Assembly (NCBI GenBank): GCA_965603825.1
Contig: CBFDEM010000054.1
Span: 310,001 to 374,000, forward strand
DNA: 64,000 bases
Direction of reading: 5' to 3'
DNA from: Blepharisma stoltei ATCC 30299
Taxonomy: Eukaryota > Protista > Ciliophora
This document shows positions 11,254 through 23,600 of the stretch, piece after piece (within the stretch, counting starts at the first letter, position 1; every line of letters starts with the position of its first letter). Under the pieces are notes generated by a model. That model saw nothing but the letters and a program-made list of their open reading frames with translations, had not been told where the DNA came from and made no database searches. The translations under genes and the position numbers were made by a program.

Positions 11254-12405
11254 CTAGTCTTCTTCCAATAAGCCACTGTAATCTCTTTTCAGCCTTTCGA
11301 ATTCTGCTGTGCCTTCTAAATTTCCTGATTTTGAGTTTTTGCTTTCGAGGTCGTCTTGTATATGTGCTTTATTCATTTCATTGCTTTCGCTTAAAGGTGT
11401 TGGCACATCTGAGTATCCAAAGCTTTGAGACCTTTTAAGCTCTGATCTCCCTGACTTTGGTGTAGAAATAGGACTTAGATTAATGTGAGCAGCTTTATTT
11501 AAAGTTCTTGGAGATTCAGCATCATTTTCTTTGATTTCTGGCAATGTAAACGTAAGCCCAATAGGATTTTTTGCAGAGTCAACACCAGATTCTTCTTCAA
11601 TAATGCTAGACAAATCTTCCAACCTTGCTGAACTCAATACAAATTTTTCTTCAGCTCCAGCCCCTGTGATATTTAAAAGGTCTTCTAGCTTGACATCTCT
11701 CTTTTCCTCAATCCCTGCCCCGGCATTTATAAGTGAATATACAACAGCTTCTCTTTCTGACATTGACAAAGAGTTCAAAATATCATCATTTATAAGGATT
11801 TTGTTATAAATTGAAGAATCCCTGTAGCTTTCTGTCAGCGATTTCGAGATATCAAGTGGCTCTATGTTAGGAGGGTTTATATTGGTTAACGGAGGAATTG
11901 ACATAGGCGGTCTTGTATTTCTTTCTAATAGCATTTTAATCAGCTCCCGAGCTTTTATTATTGAGTTCACGAGATTATTGGTAGTTTCTGGCATGGCGGA
12001 ATCCTCACTCATGCTATCTTGGATGGTGTCTCCTTCAATAGAAACCGACTCATCTCTTGACCTTGCTTGAATTCTGCCAGCAACTGCAATCAGCTCTGCA
12101 TCAATTTGTTGTAAAAACTTTTTCTCTGACTCTTCTTCTTTTTGAGAAGCTTGCTTAATAGCCACCAAAGTATCTGCAAGACCTTGCATTTGGCTCTGCC
12201 ACTTGTGCTTTTCTCTTTCATATGTTTCTTGAGTCAGGCGGATGTCTTTTAAAAGTGCTTTATGCTTGACTTCTCATTTTCGCTTGTGCTTGTCGATTTG
12301 TTGTAAATTCTGTGCTTCCTTGACTTTATGTTCACCTTTGACTCGGTCTAGTTCGTCTTCCAGTTCTTTTAGCTGTGCTCTTAGTGAAGAAATTTCTTGT
12401 TTCAT
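11254..12405 (-). CDS. 383-aa protein with N-terminal coiled coil, unknown function
   Basis: ORF 11254-12189 extends upstream through one TGA to ATG 12405 (MKQEISSLRAQLKELEDEL). Ends TAG. Confidence 0.75.
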
Positions 12406-12499
12406 ATTAATTAAAAAACTAAAAAATTCTTATTTCGCACATATGCACCTAAAGTTTAGAAATTTCTTGGTTTATGCTAATTAAAGCTGCTAAAAATGC

Positions 12500-12895
12500 T
12501 TATTTTTTTACCCCTAATTTATCACAGATATGCATCATTAGGTTCCCAAGTTTTGGCTGGCCTTTTTTTGTTTTTGCACTTAAAAGGTGCGCTGTCTTGA
12601 ATTTTTGTTTTTCTTTTTCATGTTTTTTTCTTTCTTCATAAGCTTTTTGCTTGATTTGTTTTTCTTTTTCTTTTTTGGCTTTCTCTCTATATGTTAGAGA
12701 TTTAGAAAATCTATTTGGCTTTGGAAGTTCATTTCCTCTTGCTTTTTCCCCTCCACTCATCTCTTTATATAGATGTTTGAACCTATCAGGAGCTTCAAGG
12801 ACTTCTATTTGCTTCGCTTCCTCTTTGATTTTCTTCTCTTTGAAGTGCTTCACTTTCCTTTGTCCTAATTTATGCTTGAGTGATGGATTTTTCAT
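12500..12895 (-). CDS. Fyv7/TAP26 (CCDC59)-like Lys-rich rRNA-processing protein, 131 aa
   Basis: C-terminal KTKKGQPKLGNLMMHICDKL resembles the family motif KTxKGQPxM...LLxKI. Highly basic. Confidence 0.7.
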   Translation of the reverse strand: MKNPSLKHKLGQRKVKHFKEKKIKEEAKQIEVLEAPDRFKHLYKEMSGGEKARGNELPKPNRFSKSLTYREKAKKEKEKQIKQKAYEERKKHEKEKQKFKTAHLLSAKTKKGQPKLGNLMMHICDKLGVKK

Positions 12896-12912
12896 ATTGC
12901 AATAGCACAAAG

Positions 12913-14025
12913 ATGTCAGAAGAAGAGGTCAAACACACAGTTATAGAAACCAATGAAGTTGTCCGTGGGGTCGACCAAGATGGAAACACAATGGTAAACC
13001 AGTACTCGATCATCAAAAACCTTGGAGAAGGAGCATTTGGAAAGGTAAAGCTCTGCAAAAAAGGAGCTGAGCTTTATGCTGTCAAAATCTATAACAAAGC
13101 GCTGCTTCGCAAAAAGAGAGATTACTACAGGAATGAAGACGGCGGGATGACTGTCACCAATGCTCTACAGGACGTAGCGAAAGAAATTGCGCTGATGAAA
13201 AAATTAAACCATGTTAATGTGGTTTCTCTATATGAAGTAATTGATGATGAAGATAGAGACAAACTCTACATGATCATGGATTTCTGTGGGAAAGGCGCTA
13301 TTATGGAGTGGGATGCTGATAATGAGACGTTTTATTTCCCTTGGAACTCTTCTGGAGTTATCAGAGAACAGCAAATTAGAAAATTTTTTAGAGACATGGT
13401 ATGTGGACTGGAGTATTTGCACTATCATAATATTATCCATAGAGATATTAAACCACAAAATATTTTACTGACTGATGAATGGAATGTAAAAATTGGAGAT
13501 TTTGGTCAAGCTCATATATTTGGGGAAAGTGATGTAGAAAGCAGAACCTTAGGGACTTATCAGTTTTTCCCACCTGAGTGCTGCTCACCTGAAACTGAAG
13601 GTTTTTCAGGAAAATCAGCTGATATTTGGGCGTTGGGGCTTACATTATATGCAATGATTTATAAAAACTTGCCTTATTCAGCAGGAGATTCTCTTTTATC
13701 AATCTTTGATGCAATCCAAAACTTTGAGCTAACATTTGATCAAACAGTGGAAATTTCACCCCAGCTGCAAAATTTATTGGTTAGATTACTGGACAAAAAT
13801 CCTGAAACAAGAATAAAGATGTATGAATTGCTTCAAGATCCGTGGATTAATATGGACTGTCATCCTCTACTTCCAACCACAGAACCAATTATCGCCCCAA
13901 CTGAGGAAGAAATCACTCAAGCTGTAAAGCCAATTAGAGCAATGGTTATAGCTGTAAGATTTATATAGAAATTATATGGAAGAAAATGGAAAAACCAAGC
14001 TAAAAAGAAGGCTGAAAATAAATAG
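12913..14025 (+). CDS. CaMKK/GRIK-like Ser/Thr kinase, about 365 aa, one 15-nt intron
   Basis: LGEGAFGKV, YAVK, EIALMKKLNHVNVV, HRDIKPQN, DFG, FSGKSADIWALG. After splicing the tail reads AMVIAKLYGRKWKNQAKKKAENK*. Confidence 0.9.
13954..13968 (+). other. 15-nt spliceosomal intron (phase 0)
   Basis: GTAAGATTTATATAG, A at position 10. The acceptor TAG is the in-frame stop of the track ORF; removal adds a basic amphipathic tail. Confidence 0.8.
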
Positions 14026-14627
14026 ATTACTTTAAAAGATATAAAATTACTAAATCATAAATGGTGTCTCAAGTTGAATTTACTTTAAAATTATTAAAGG
14101 AATTTATTACTTGAATTTACCTTATTGTCAGATTTAAAAATTAATTTTAAATTAAAATTTGTAAATTCCCATGAAAAGAAATGGAAAAAGTTGCCTGGGA
14201 AATTTTGTAAAATTTTTGATATCTGACTATTTATGCTTGGGTTTGATATTATTGATGCATAGTTATATTTTTTAATCTAGCTTGGACATATTTTTCAAAA
14301 TATATGGAGGTTACTAATATATTTTTTTGAAAAATCTTTTTACTTTATTCAAAACCTTCTAATGATTTCTAATAAAAATTCATTAAATTAGTGCACTGGA
14401 TAATAGATATTTTATGGCAGAAGGAATCAGATCATGAACTTACTAAGCTGCTTCAATCTAGGAATTGGCAAATAAAATATCTCATTTGATAAATTCAAAA
14501 TCTAAACGCAACCATGAACTCAATTTTATGTTAAAATTATATGTATTTTACTTGAACTTTTTGCTATCGTTAATACTTCACCAGCTCTATTGAATCTGTG
14601 TACTGCTTAGTTGGCAATAATAGAACA

Positions 14628-15306
14628 ATGGATAAGGAGAACAATAATTTGTATTGGCAATCTCATCAATATAATCAATATAACCTGCAGCTCCCTAATT
14701 TTGAAAGCATTCCCCAAGGGTGTGTCTGGGTGCCTTGCATTCCTGACTTTAGCACTAACACTTATATCCCAATATACAATCTCAATCAAACATTGAGCTT
14801 TATGCCAAACATGAATTCACAGGTAGCTAATAACAATAAACCAAAGATTAGCAGAGGAGGCATACGAACTGTATCATGAAAAGAAAACGAAGAAAAGCTC
14901 CTTGGAGAACTTGTCAACTTACATGGCTTGAAGAAATGAGCTTTAGTTGCACAAGAGATCAATAAGGAGTTTCATGAAGGGAATGAGGTCAGAAAAGGTA
15001 AACACTGCCGAGAAAGGTGGCACAACCATTTAAATCCAGAACTCAACAGTAAGATTTATATTAGAAGGAGAATGGACTTATGAAGAAGATATATACTTGC
15101 TCCAATTAAAGGAGCAATTTGGAAATAAATGGAGTATAATTGCAAAAGAACTCCCTGGACGAAACGAAAATAACGTTAAAAATCGATGGAATTGTCTTAT
15201 CAAGAAAGCGAAGCAGAATCCTGAAATGCAATATTGCTCTCCTAACACCATTGCGGCTGTTCTAATAAAAGAATTATGTGAGGAAATGAGTCATAGAAAT
15301 GGCTAA
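14628..15306 (+). CDS. R2R3 Myb transcription factor, 220 aa, one 16-nt intron
   Basis: W(TGA 14877)KENEE...LKK-W(TGA 14937)...GKHCRERWHNHLNPELN/KGEWTYEED...GNKWSIIAKELPGRNENNVKNRW. Confidence 0.92.
15049..15064 (+). other. 16-nt spliceosomal intron
   Basis: GTAAGATTTATATTAG. Removal restores the frame and the conserved Myb linker LNPELNKGEWT. Confidence 0.92.
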
Positions 15307-15615
15307 GTAATTGAGTAGTTTTGATGTAATTCAAATTTTTCAATTTATAATTATCTCAACTATCTACTTAAACAGAATAAAAAACAAAAATGGATTTAAA
15401 TATTATTAGTATAAACTTCATGATTATTAAACATAATCTTTTTAGGTAAAAACAATTTGAATGCAAATAAAAATCAAGAGAAATTTTCTTATTTATAGAC
15501 ATGAGTTTTAATATAAGCAAATCAGAAAACTTTGCTTCCAAATAAATTATTTATTAAATCAATATAAGCATATCTAACAAATTATTATTGTGCAAAGATC
15601 CAATAAATCTTTAAA

Positions 15616-18600
15616 ATGTCGTCTTCAACCCTCATACCTTTTATTTTTTGGAACAAGAATGCCCAAGATATTATTCACAGAATCACATGCCTTGCAGCTA
15701 GAGAAGGGTTTATCTGTACAGGTTCTGACACAGGCGAAATTTGCTTTTGGCTTTCATCACTGAAAACATATGAGCCTGATATTATCTGCACAATCGGAAA
15801 AGATACCGAATGCAAGGCTCTTACCTTTATAAAACCTCCAAGTCCAGATCTCATTAGTAGTGATATGTGAGTTATATCACTCCACGCAGATAATAAAATA
15901 CGCAGTTGGGACATAAACGACGGGCGATGTATTAGTTCCTCGTCATCAAAAATGATCCCAAAGCAAACTAAGATAGACAAAATCGTGGGAATTCAGAAGC
16001 GCATTATAGCAGCAACTGGAGAAATTAAAGAAATTTTATTAATAGACGTTTGGTCTATGGAACAAATTGGGAACTTTACCATGGGATCACAAGTCGCTTG
16101 AATTCACTCATGGAACTGAAATTTAATCGCAATGGACAACAAAGGAGAAGTAAGCTGATGGAATGTTCCTGACTTGAGCAAGTATTATTTCAATAAGAGT
16201 AAACTCGTCGAAATATCCAACGACCCCTTATGGTCATTTAATGTAAGTTCAGATAAGCAAGCAGTTTCATTCACATTAGCAAAAGACGCTTCACTAATGG
16301 CTATAATTTATGAATCGAGCCTCACATTTATCCACTCTTCAAGTTTTCGAAGCAAGCAGCAAGATAAATCTTATCTGGAGCTTGACAGAATTATTGTAAA
16401 AGCTGAGTTTGTGCAAGATTTTCTATATATTGTTCTAAACGATGGGAAAATATTGAGATATGAAATAGGTATGATTTTGGATGAAATTGGATTCGATGAA
16501 ATGATTGATGGGTATGATCCTAATGTTAAAAAAAGCTTTATTGGGATGAAAAGCTCAGTCGTTAAATATAAAACAGGGACAAATTTAAACTCTTTAGACA
16601 GTATTATTGCTGCAATTGATACTCCATTGCAAAATTTTATTTTCTATAATAATAAGATTCTGGCCTGGAAAAATGAAGCAGTTATTGCAATTAATCTTCA
16701 GGAAATGGAAACCCAAACCATTTTGGAGTCAAAATCAATAAATTTTTCTTTGCAAAATAATGACCTAAGTTGCTATGCAGACTGCAGACTATTACATCTT
16801 TTTAAAGAAAATGAAATTATTACAGTGAGCACCGTGATCCTCTCAGATAGCTGGCCTTATTATATAATTGGAACTTCTCTTGGAAATGTTTTTGTTTGTC
16901 CATTTTTGCCTCAGCAATCCGCGATATCATATTCATATCACAGTACTGCCATTATTTGTATCCTGCTATCAAAAGATAAGCTTGTAACTTGTAGCGAAGA
17001 TAACATTATGTGCTTTTGAAATTTTAACGCAGGGTCATTTCTCAGATATTCTATTAGCAGTGAAGAATATAATAGACCCCAAAGCATCTCGGGGAATTTT
17101 AAAGCATTTACTGGGTTCACAACAGATGAAATCGAAGAAAACAGAAAATCAAAGCGATTAAGTGTGGAAATACAAAAAAGAGAGCCACTTCATGTTATTA
17201 ATGTATGTGCAAGCTTAATCAAAATTGTCTTGCAAGTCCAGCCAATCCGAGAAGCAGAGATCACTCCTGAATATTTTGATGAAATTTGGGCAAAGTGAGA
17301 CCAAACCTTACTAGCTCAATGCGAAGATGGCTCAATATTATTAATTTCCCTAAACACAAACGAGGTAGCGTTTAATTTTCCTGCAGTGTCTGCACGTGTG
17401 AAAGAAGCCTATATCCATATGACTCAAGATTACTTGATTGCAATATGCGAAGATGCAAAGGGATATATTTTTAATATGAGCCTACAAGCATTGGAAAGAA
17501 TAGTTGATGAAACAATAAGCAAAAATTATATACGACAAATAGTTAGAGCTCGAGCTTCAACAGACACTTTAGAAGACATGGATGAGTCCATGATTGATAA
17601 GCATAAAGTTCTTCAATTTAATATCCGCCAACAATTTGTAGTAGAAGCAAGAGCTCCTTTATCAGTAAAAGCTGTCAGCATTGCTGGAAGAGATTTTCCA
17701 ACAATAATGCTGAATGTAAACTCAATAGCCAAAAAGGTTTCAAAATTAAAGCAGCCCCCAGCTCAGCTAGAATATGTCTTAAGCCTGCTAACCTGCTGAT
17801 TTGAAAAATGCAAAGCTCATGCTGCAATTAAGTATGGGCTGCAAGAATTAATACATATGGAAGATCCTGTCGTGAAAAATTCTATTGGAACTATAGGTGT
17901 AGATGGCTGCTTATCTTTTGCAGTTCCTGGCCTAAGAGACCGATATGAAATTTCTAGCTACATTTCTTCTGTATTAATGTCAGGAATTTTATCAATTATA
18001 AATAGCCTTAAAGGCTTGAAAACAAATTTAAGAAAAAATGTAAAACAGCTTGCCAACTCCCATAGAGAAGTTAATGCAAGCCATATCCAAAATTTTAAAA
18101 ACCCTGATCCTGCAGTATTAGCTTTACAGTTTTTATCAGGAAATCTTATAGCTGGAGATCTGCTGGAAAGTTTAATGCCTGCCTTAAGTAAAGAAAAGAT
18201 TGACGGGATCGTGAATTTCAGCCAAATAATGATTGATTTCAGCGAAAGCAATAGCACAACTGCTAACAATCACCATTATGTAAGTCTAATCGAGTCTTTA
18301 TGCTCAATTTTATTAGGATTCCTTGCTATTGAAAGACACCAAATAGACTCAGAAGTCGTTGAGAACCTTGTTCTGTCACTACGAAACATGATAAAATCCA
18401 AAATCCAAAACTATGTTGCAATTGCGGCAAAAATTCTGGGTGAAGGAATAGCGATTTGGAAAATTAATCTAACAAAAAATCAGATTATAGACTTATGTAG
18501 AGAGCTGCTAATACATAGCGAAAAAGATACAGAACTTAAAGGGACATTTTATAAAGCTTTGTTTAAAATTGTAGCTTGTGATGTAAACTTTTTCTTGGAG

Positions 18601-19230
18601 TTTTTATCAAAAGAAATAGACAATTTCACATTTATGAAGACATTTCCTGAGACTTGTCTAACAATTCTTAATATGTTTATAACCAAAAAATATGAAGAGG
18701 CTGCTGTGTTTTTGCCAGGAATAATTGAGGTTATTATGAGAACACTTGATCCACATAGTCCTATTATCAGGAAAAATTGCTTAGAAAAGGCTGGAGAAGC
18801 ATTAAAAAATCTTGTTAAAAAGCTTCCAATGGTAGGTTTTTCTCAGTTGACCCAAAGACTTGCAATAGGAACATTAGATAAATTGATAGTGGTTTATGAC
18901 TTAAAAACTGCAAACCAATGGAAAGTTTTAGAAGGCCATGAAGGCCCGGTCTCTGCAGTTGAATTTGATAAAACAGGCAAGCTTTTAGCTTCTTATAGCT
19001 CAAAAGATGGATCAGTCAGAATATGGAAAATGGAAAAAGGCTTTTTCCAAGAACTAATGAGTGGGTCTAATTCTAAGCCGTGGCTTGTGCATAATATTGA
19101 AAAAGTTCAGTCAAAAGGGTCTAGTTATAAAGAGTATTTAGATATCCTCAATTTAGAATGGGCAGAAGACAACAAGTCGATTACAATTACAAGAGAAGAT
19201 TGCAACACTGTTGTGTATAAAATTAAATAG
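15616..19230 (+). CDS. WDR7: WDR7/WDR72 (Rabconnectin-3 beta)-like WD40 protein, 1204 aa
   Basis: Four ORFs in one frame joined by 7 TGA=Trp. N-terminal TGSDTGEICFW and WDINDGRC; C-terminal RTLDP...PMVGFSQLTQRLAIG...VYDLKT...LEGHEGPVSAVEF...LASYS. Confidence 0.8.
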
Positions 19231-19501
19231 TTTGGAATATTTAAATAATAAATATTTTATATCGAAATTATAAGGCAATTTCCGTTAAAGTTATGGTTTC
19301 ATTTTTAAAATTCTTGGCGAATAAAACTATGAAAACACTAGCACAAATTTATTGATTTAAATTATAATAAAATTATGAATGGTCTTAAATACAGAGCTTC
19401 CAATTACAAAATCTGATCTAGTCATATAGAAGTCTGATACTGACTTAATTATTTAACACATGGATAAATGGTTTTTATAAAAAAATAAAAACCTATTAAG
19501 T

Positions 19502-19690
19502 ATGGGCTGTTCAGTTCCAAATAAAGCAGATTCAATCAGCAATGATGTGATCATAATCACATTGCACAGAGGAAAGAACGCAAATAAAATTGATTTAAAA
19601 TATCAAAAATTTGAGGACATAGCAATCAAACGAAGAAGCAATTTTGTTATAAAAGTTACCCTAGATGAGAGTATTTCGACTACAAAATAA
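19502..19690 (+). CDS. 62-aa putative N-myristoylated/palmitoylated small protein
   Basis: Starts MGCS, lies in an otherwise empty AT-rich spacer, ends TAA. Confidence 0.5.
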   Translation: MGCSVPNKADSISNDVIIITLHRGKNANKIDLKYQKFEDIAIKRRSNFVIKVTLDESISTTK

Positions 19691-20292
19691 TTTGAACTTT
19701 GAATTGTATTTTGAAAATAGCATCTAAAGTGCTGTTTTTCTCTTACATACCACACATTTATATAAATTAAATAATTTAAAAAGTAAGTAGGCAGCATTGC
19801 AGCATCAAAATGGATGCTAAATTTACTGAATAAAGTTAGTAATGAATATCTTTATATCTATAATTTAAAAATCTAGCTGAGGAGGACACTTAAAATTAGG
19901 TAAAAGTAGCTATCAAATTGTTCTAGAAGAAGCTTAAAACGACTTATAAAGATATAATAAAGTCATATATTAATGATTTTTCATTTTGAATTATATCTCA
20001 TTTTCATAGAAAAAAGTCCACATTTTAAGATTTTTAGACTCTTTCGCACCTTCTATCTTATTCATTTCTCATATCTCCTCTAACATCTTCAGAATTTACG
20101 ATCTTATTAAGCTCCATACCAAAAAATTGTTTTATCCAAATTCTCATTATTTCCCCTTATCTTCGTTCTATCTTTGATCAAATTAGCTTTCAAATTCCCC
20201 AAATAATTGCCACCAAACCTACTTCCAAATTTCCCTTTATAATTGTTCCAACTCCATAATGAAAATCATATGCCTTAAATAAAGATTGAGAA

Positions 20293-20574
20293 ATGGGTGC
20301 AGCAGCTGGTTACTACTTTCTGTTTATCTCAGTAATCGGAGTATTTTACATGTTCGGCATGGGGTATTTTTTAAGCAAAGATTATGAATATATCCCTGTT
20401 GAAGACAAGGTCGAAAATGCACATGTCTGTTATTGGGCAGGGACTATCTATTTAATTGGAGCGATATCTTGTATAATTTACATAAAGAAATTCGCATCTA
20501 GAGACACTAGCTTTGATTATCAAACTGATTTGCAAGGGAGAAGTCGTGGGAAAATCGGTCCTTATATGCGCTAA
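20293..20574 (+). CDS. RNASEK: RNASEK / V-ATPase subunit f-like 2-TM protein, 93 aa
   Basis: TM1 FLFISVIGVFYMFGMGYF and TM2 AHVCYWAGTIYLIG resemble the family pattern LSxWGxIML...NCFIAAxxY. Confidence 0.65.
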   Translation: MGAAAGYYFLFISVIGVFYMFGMGYFLSKDYEYIPVEDKVENAHVCYWAGTIYLIGAISCIIYIKKFASRDTSFDYQTDLQGRSRGKIGPYMR

Positions 20575-20624
20575 CTTAAATAAGCATAGGGTTTGACTGG
20601 TTTCAATTTTAAAAATTTTAATAA

Positions 20625-23600
20625 TTAATAATCTAGCTGAGTAAGCAACGCTGTGCCTCTTTTAATCCAATGAGAAGGCTTGTGAGAGTTGTGTAGCGCT
20701 AAGTTAATTGAAAGCACAAAGTTTGTGGAGTGGCCTGTTGTAGAAAGAGTTCCTTGTCGTTTAGAAGTCTTATAAACTGGGCATTCATAGACATGCTTTT
20801 TGGGAAGATCTGAAATCTTGGTAGGCTTAAGGTGAATCACTGGCATAGGGTAATAAAGAATTTTGGGAAGAGGCTCTGCCACACATTTCAGCTCATCATC
20901 CCATCGGGCTCCATCTAGGAAGAGACCTGAAACGTAGCATCCGTCTGCTGGAGGGCTTGAAATAACGTCTTGCGTTTGGGCTTCTGGCAGCACTTCAAAA
21001 TCAAAGCAAAGTGTATCTATAGGGATTTGGTATTTTCTGGAATAATTTTGCATAGTTCCTGTCAGGAAAGATTGGGTGAAGTAAAAGCCAGAAATCCAAA
21101 AGACAACTGGAGGGCCGTTATCAAGCCAATCTTGCATAAACTTTAGACGAGTGATAAAGTCATCAATCCACTGAGCCAGTGGCTTTAGAGAAGGATAAGC
21201 TACATTCATCCACATTTCAGGAACTTTGTTATCAAACAGTGCATTTCCTACCTTTTCTAAGTCGGCTGACATGGTGACAAGCCCTTCAACTGCATTTTTT
21301 AGCTGCACTGTAGATGTTCTGACCACATTAAGCAGCCTATTAAATCTGATTAACTCTTGTATTAAGACTGTGTTCATTGATTCATTATACATCATAGGAT
21401 ACCTCTTCATGCATTCGTCAATGTCAAATGGATTTGGCATCCTATTAAATATACTGACTGCTATCTCTGTCATCATTTGTTCAGGCGTTTTGTCAGCTCC
21501 AGCCAGTGTACGAGGCAATAAAGATAAACAAGCAGACAGTAAAGAGCTGGTTTCATTGATGGATTTTGTAATTGAAGCATTATCATGAAGCCCAAAGACT
21601 TGAGTTTGGTCATAATGTGGCACGTTTTCTTCTATATAATTCAAGTAGCTATCAACATTTCCTTCAGGGGGAATTTGGTAGACATCGCATTCATTGATGC
21701 AATACTTGTCTTTGAGAATATTTTCTGTATAGAAGTCTTCAAGGATAGTATTTATAGTCCTTCTATCCCAAACATCAGTAACTCTTCCACCATAGTTTGC
21801 TTCTGCGACCATGTATTTTAAGGCGTCCCATGGAATTAATTCGTATTCATTTAAGAACATCCTCAGTTGATAAAACGAAATTGATAGATCACTCATTGAA
21901 AACTCGTAAGGGATATTCCAACCTAGAGCTCCATATTTTCGTCGTTCTTGGATTAAGGCATGGAAAAAGCTCAGACCATATACCATTCTTTTGAATTCTC
22001 TAGGCTTTGCATTGTCTTCGAAAGCAGCAAGGTCATAGGAGCGGAAAGACCTTATTAAATTTTTCCTGAGCCCTTTAGGAGGTTCGTTCGTTAGCTTTAT
22101 AGAATTTTGTAGGATGGACACAGGGAAGAAATCAGAAGGCATCGAAGTCAGCCATAGTCTGAAATTATCGTCAGTCCTCTCAGGAACAATTTCATCAACT
22201 CTTTTTTCAAGAGTTGGCATAAACTTAGCTGCAAGGTGACAGTTTTGCAAAATTACCCAGCCTCCAGTCGAAATTGCGCGATCAAGTGCAGCTTCAGCTT
22301 TTGGACCTTGGCCATCACCAAGAGATAGAGGCTCCATCTTCCCTCTCAGTCCTAACTTTATTGCCAATTTTTCTATTTCACTAATAGGATCAACACCAGG
22401 ACTTAGAATAAATATAATTGGTACATCTGGTTTTGAGTCTTTAAATGATAGTTCAAGATTAAACGGAGGTGGAGAAATAAACTCAGACCCAAGCTCTTGG
22501 GTGATGAGCTGCTCAATTGCTTGAATTCCTTTATCAGGTCTTAAAATCCTTAGCACAATAATTTGTTGGTATTGTGCAAGCTTCTCTTTCCATCCACCTG
22601 GCCACACGCTTTCTAAAGGATCTGCGGACTCCCATACAGCTTTCCACTCGTCTACTTTTAATTCAAATTCTCTATCAAAGTTCTTAAAAGCTTCAAATTC
22701 GCTTAATTCCAAAATTGCAGCCCAATCTTTGTTTTCTAGCCACATTCTTTCTCCTTCTTGAGTAGGGTTAGGCCTATTGACTATAGTTTTGGTACCTCCA
22801 GTCATTAAAAACCTCAATTCTTGTTGATTGATTCTTTCTTCACCTGTCATTACTTTTAAGCAGACTAAGAAAGAAAATAGCAATTTATCTTTCTCAAAGA
22901 GGGATCTGCAGACATTTTGATAGAGAAGGAGTGTAAAAGTACTGATAAGGTTTTTTACACGTTCTTGGACTATTGAATTTTTTTCTGCTTCAGAAATGGC
23001 TAGGGAATAAATTCTTTCGTACCACTCAAGGGAATATTGGTACATAGGTTCAATTACGCAGAGATCAGCAATGCAGAAGAATAGCTGAGAAACTCTTGTG
23101 GCAATAGATTTGTAGTTCTTACGGGTATCATTGATATGCTTTTGGATGTTTTCCATTTTTTCAAGCTGCTCAGAGGCATCTTTTGAAGATTGTTTAGATT
23201 TCTGTAGAGTTTCAATAAGAGTTTCGTCTTCTAATATATCCCCTTCAGAGTTGGACACCAGATTTAAAATGTTGTCTTCTATAGCTTTCAGTTCTTTTCT
23301 GATTCTTGCGTTTTCTTGAATTGACTTTTGTCTACTTGCTTCTATATGAGGAGCTTCTGCATTGACTGTGAGCGACAACATTTGGTCCAGTAGCCCTTCC
23401 TCTGTAGTCATAAAGTTCATTAGAGCTACTCTTACGCAGATTTCTGGAGCATAATGAGGTCTCGGAAGCTTTGTTGTCATAAACAGCCTAAAGTCTCTTG
23501 ACATTTCAGCAGTTTTGTCTCCAATTTTGACCACCCCTTCACTTCCTTTTTTGGCAGATAGAACATTATCGAGCTCAGGGTTGATTGATTCTCCCATGTT

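Noticed and set aside
15040-15070. Programmed ribosomal frameshifting (Euplotes-like) at frame changes in the Myb, 54308 and 60225 genes
   Set aside because: Each change is explained exactly by a consensus 16-nt intron.
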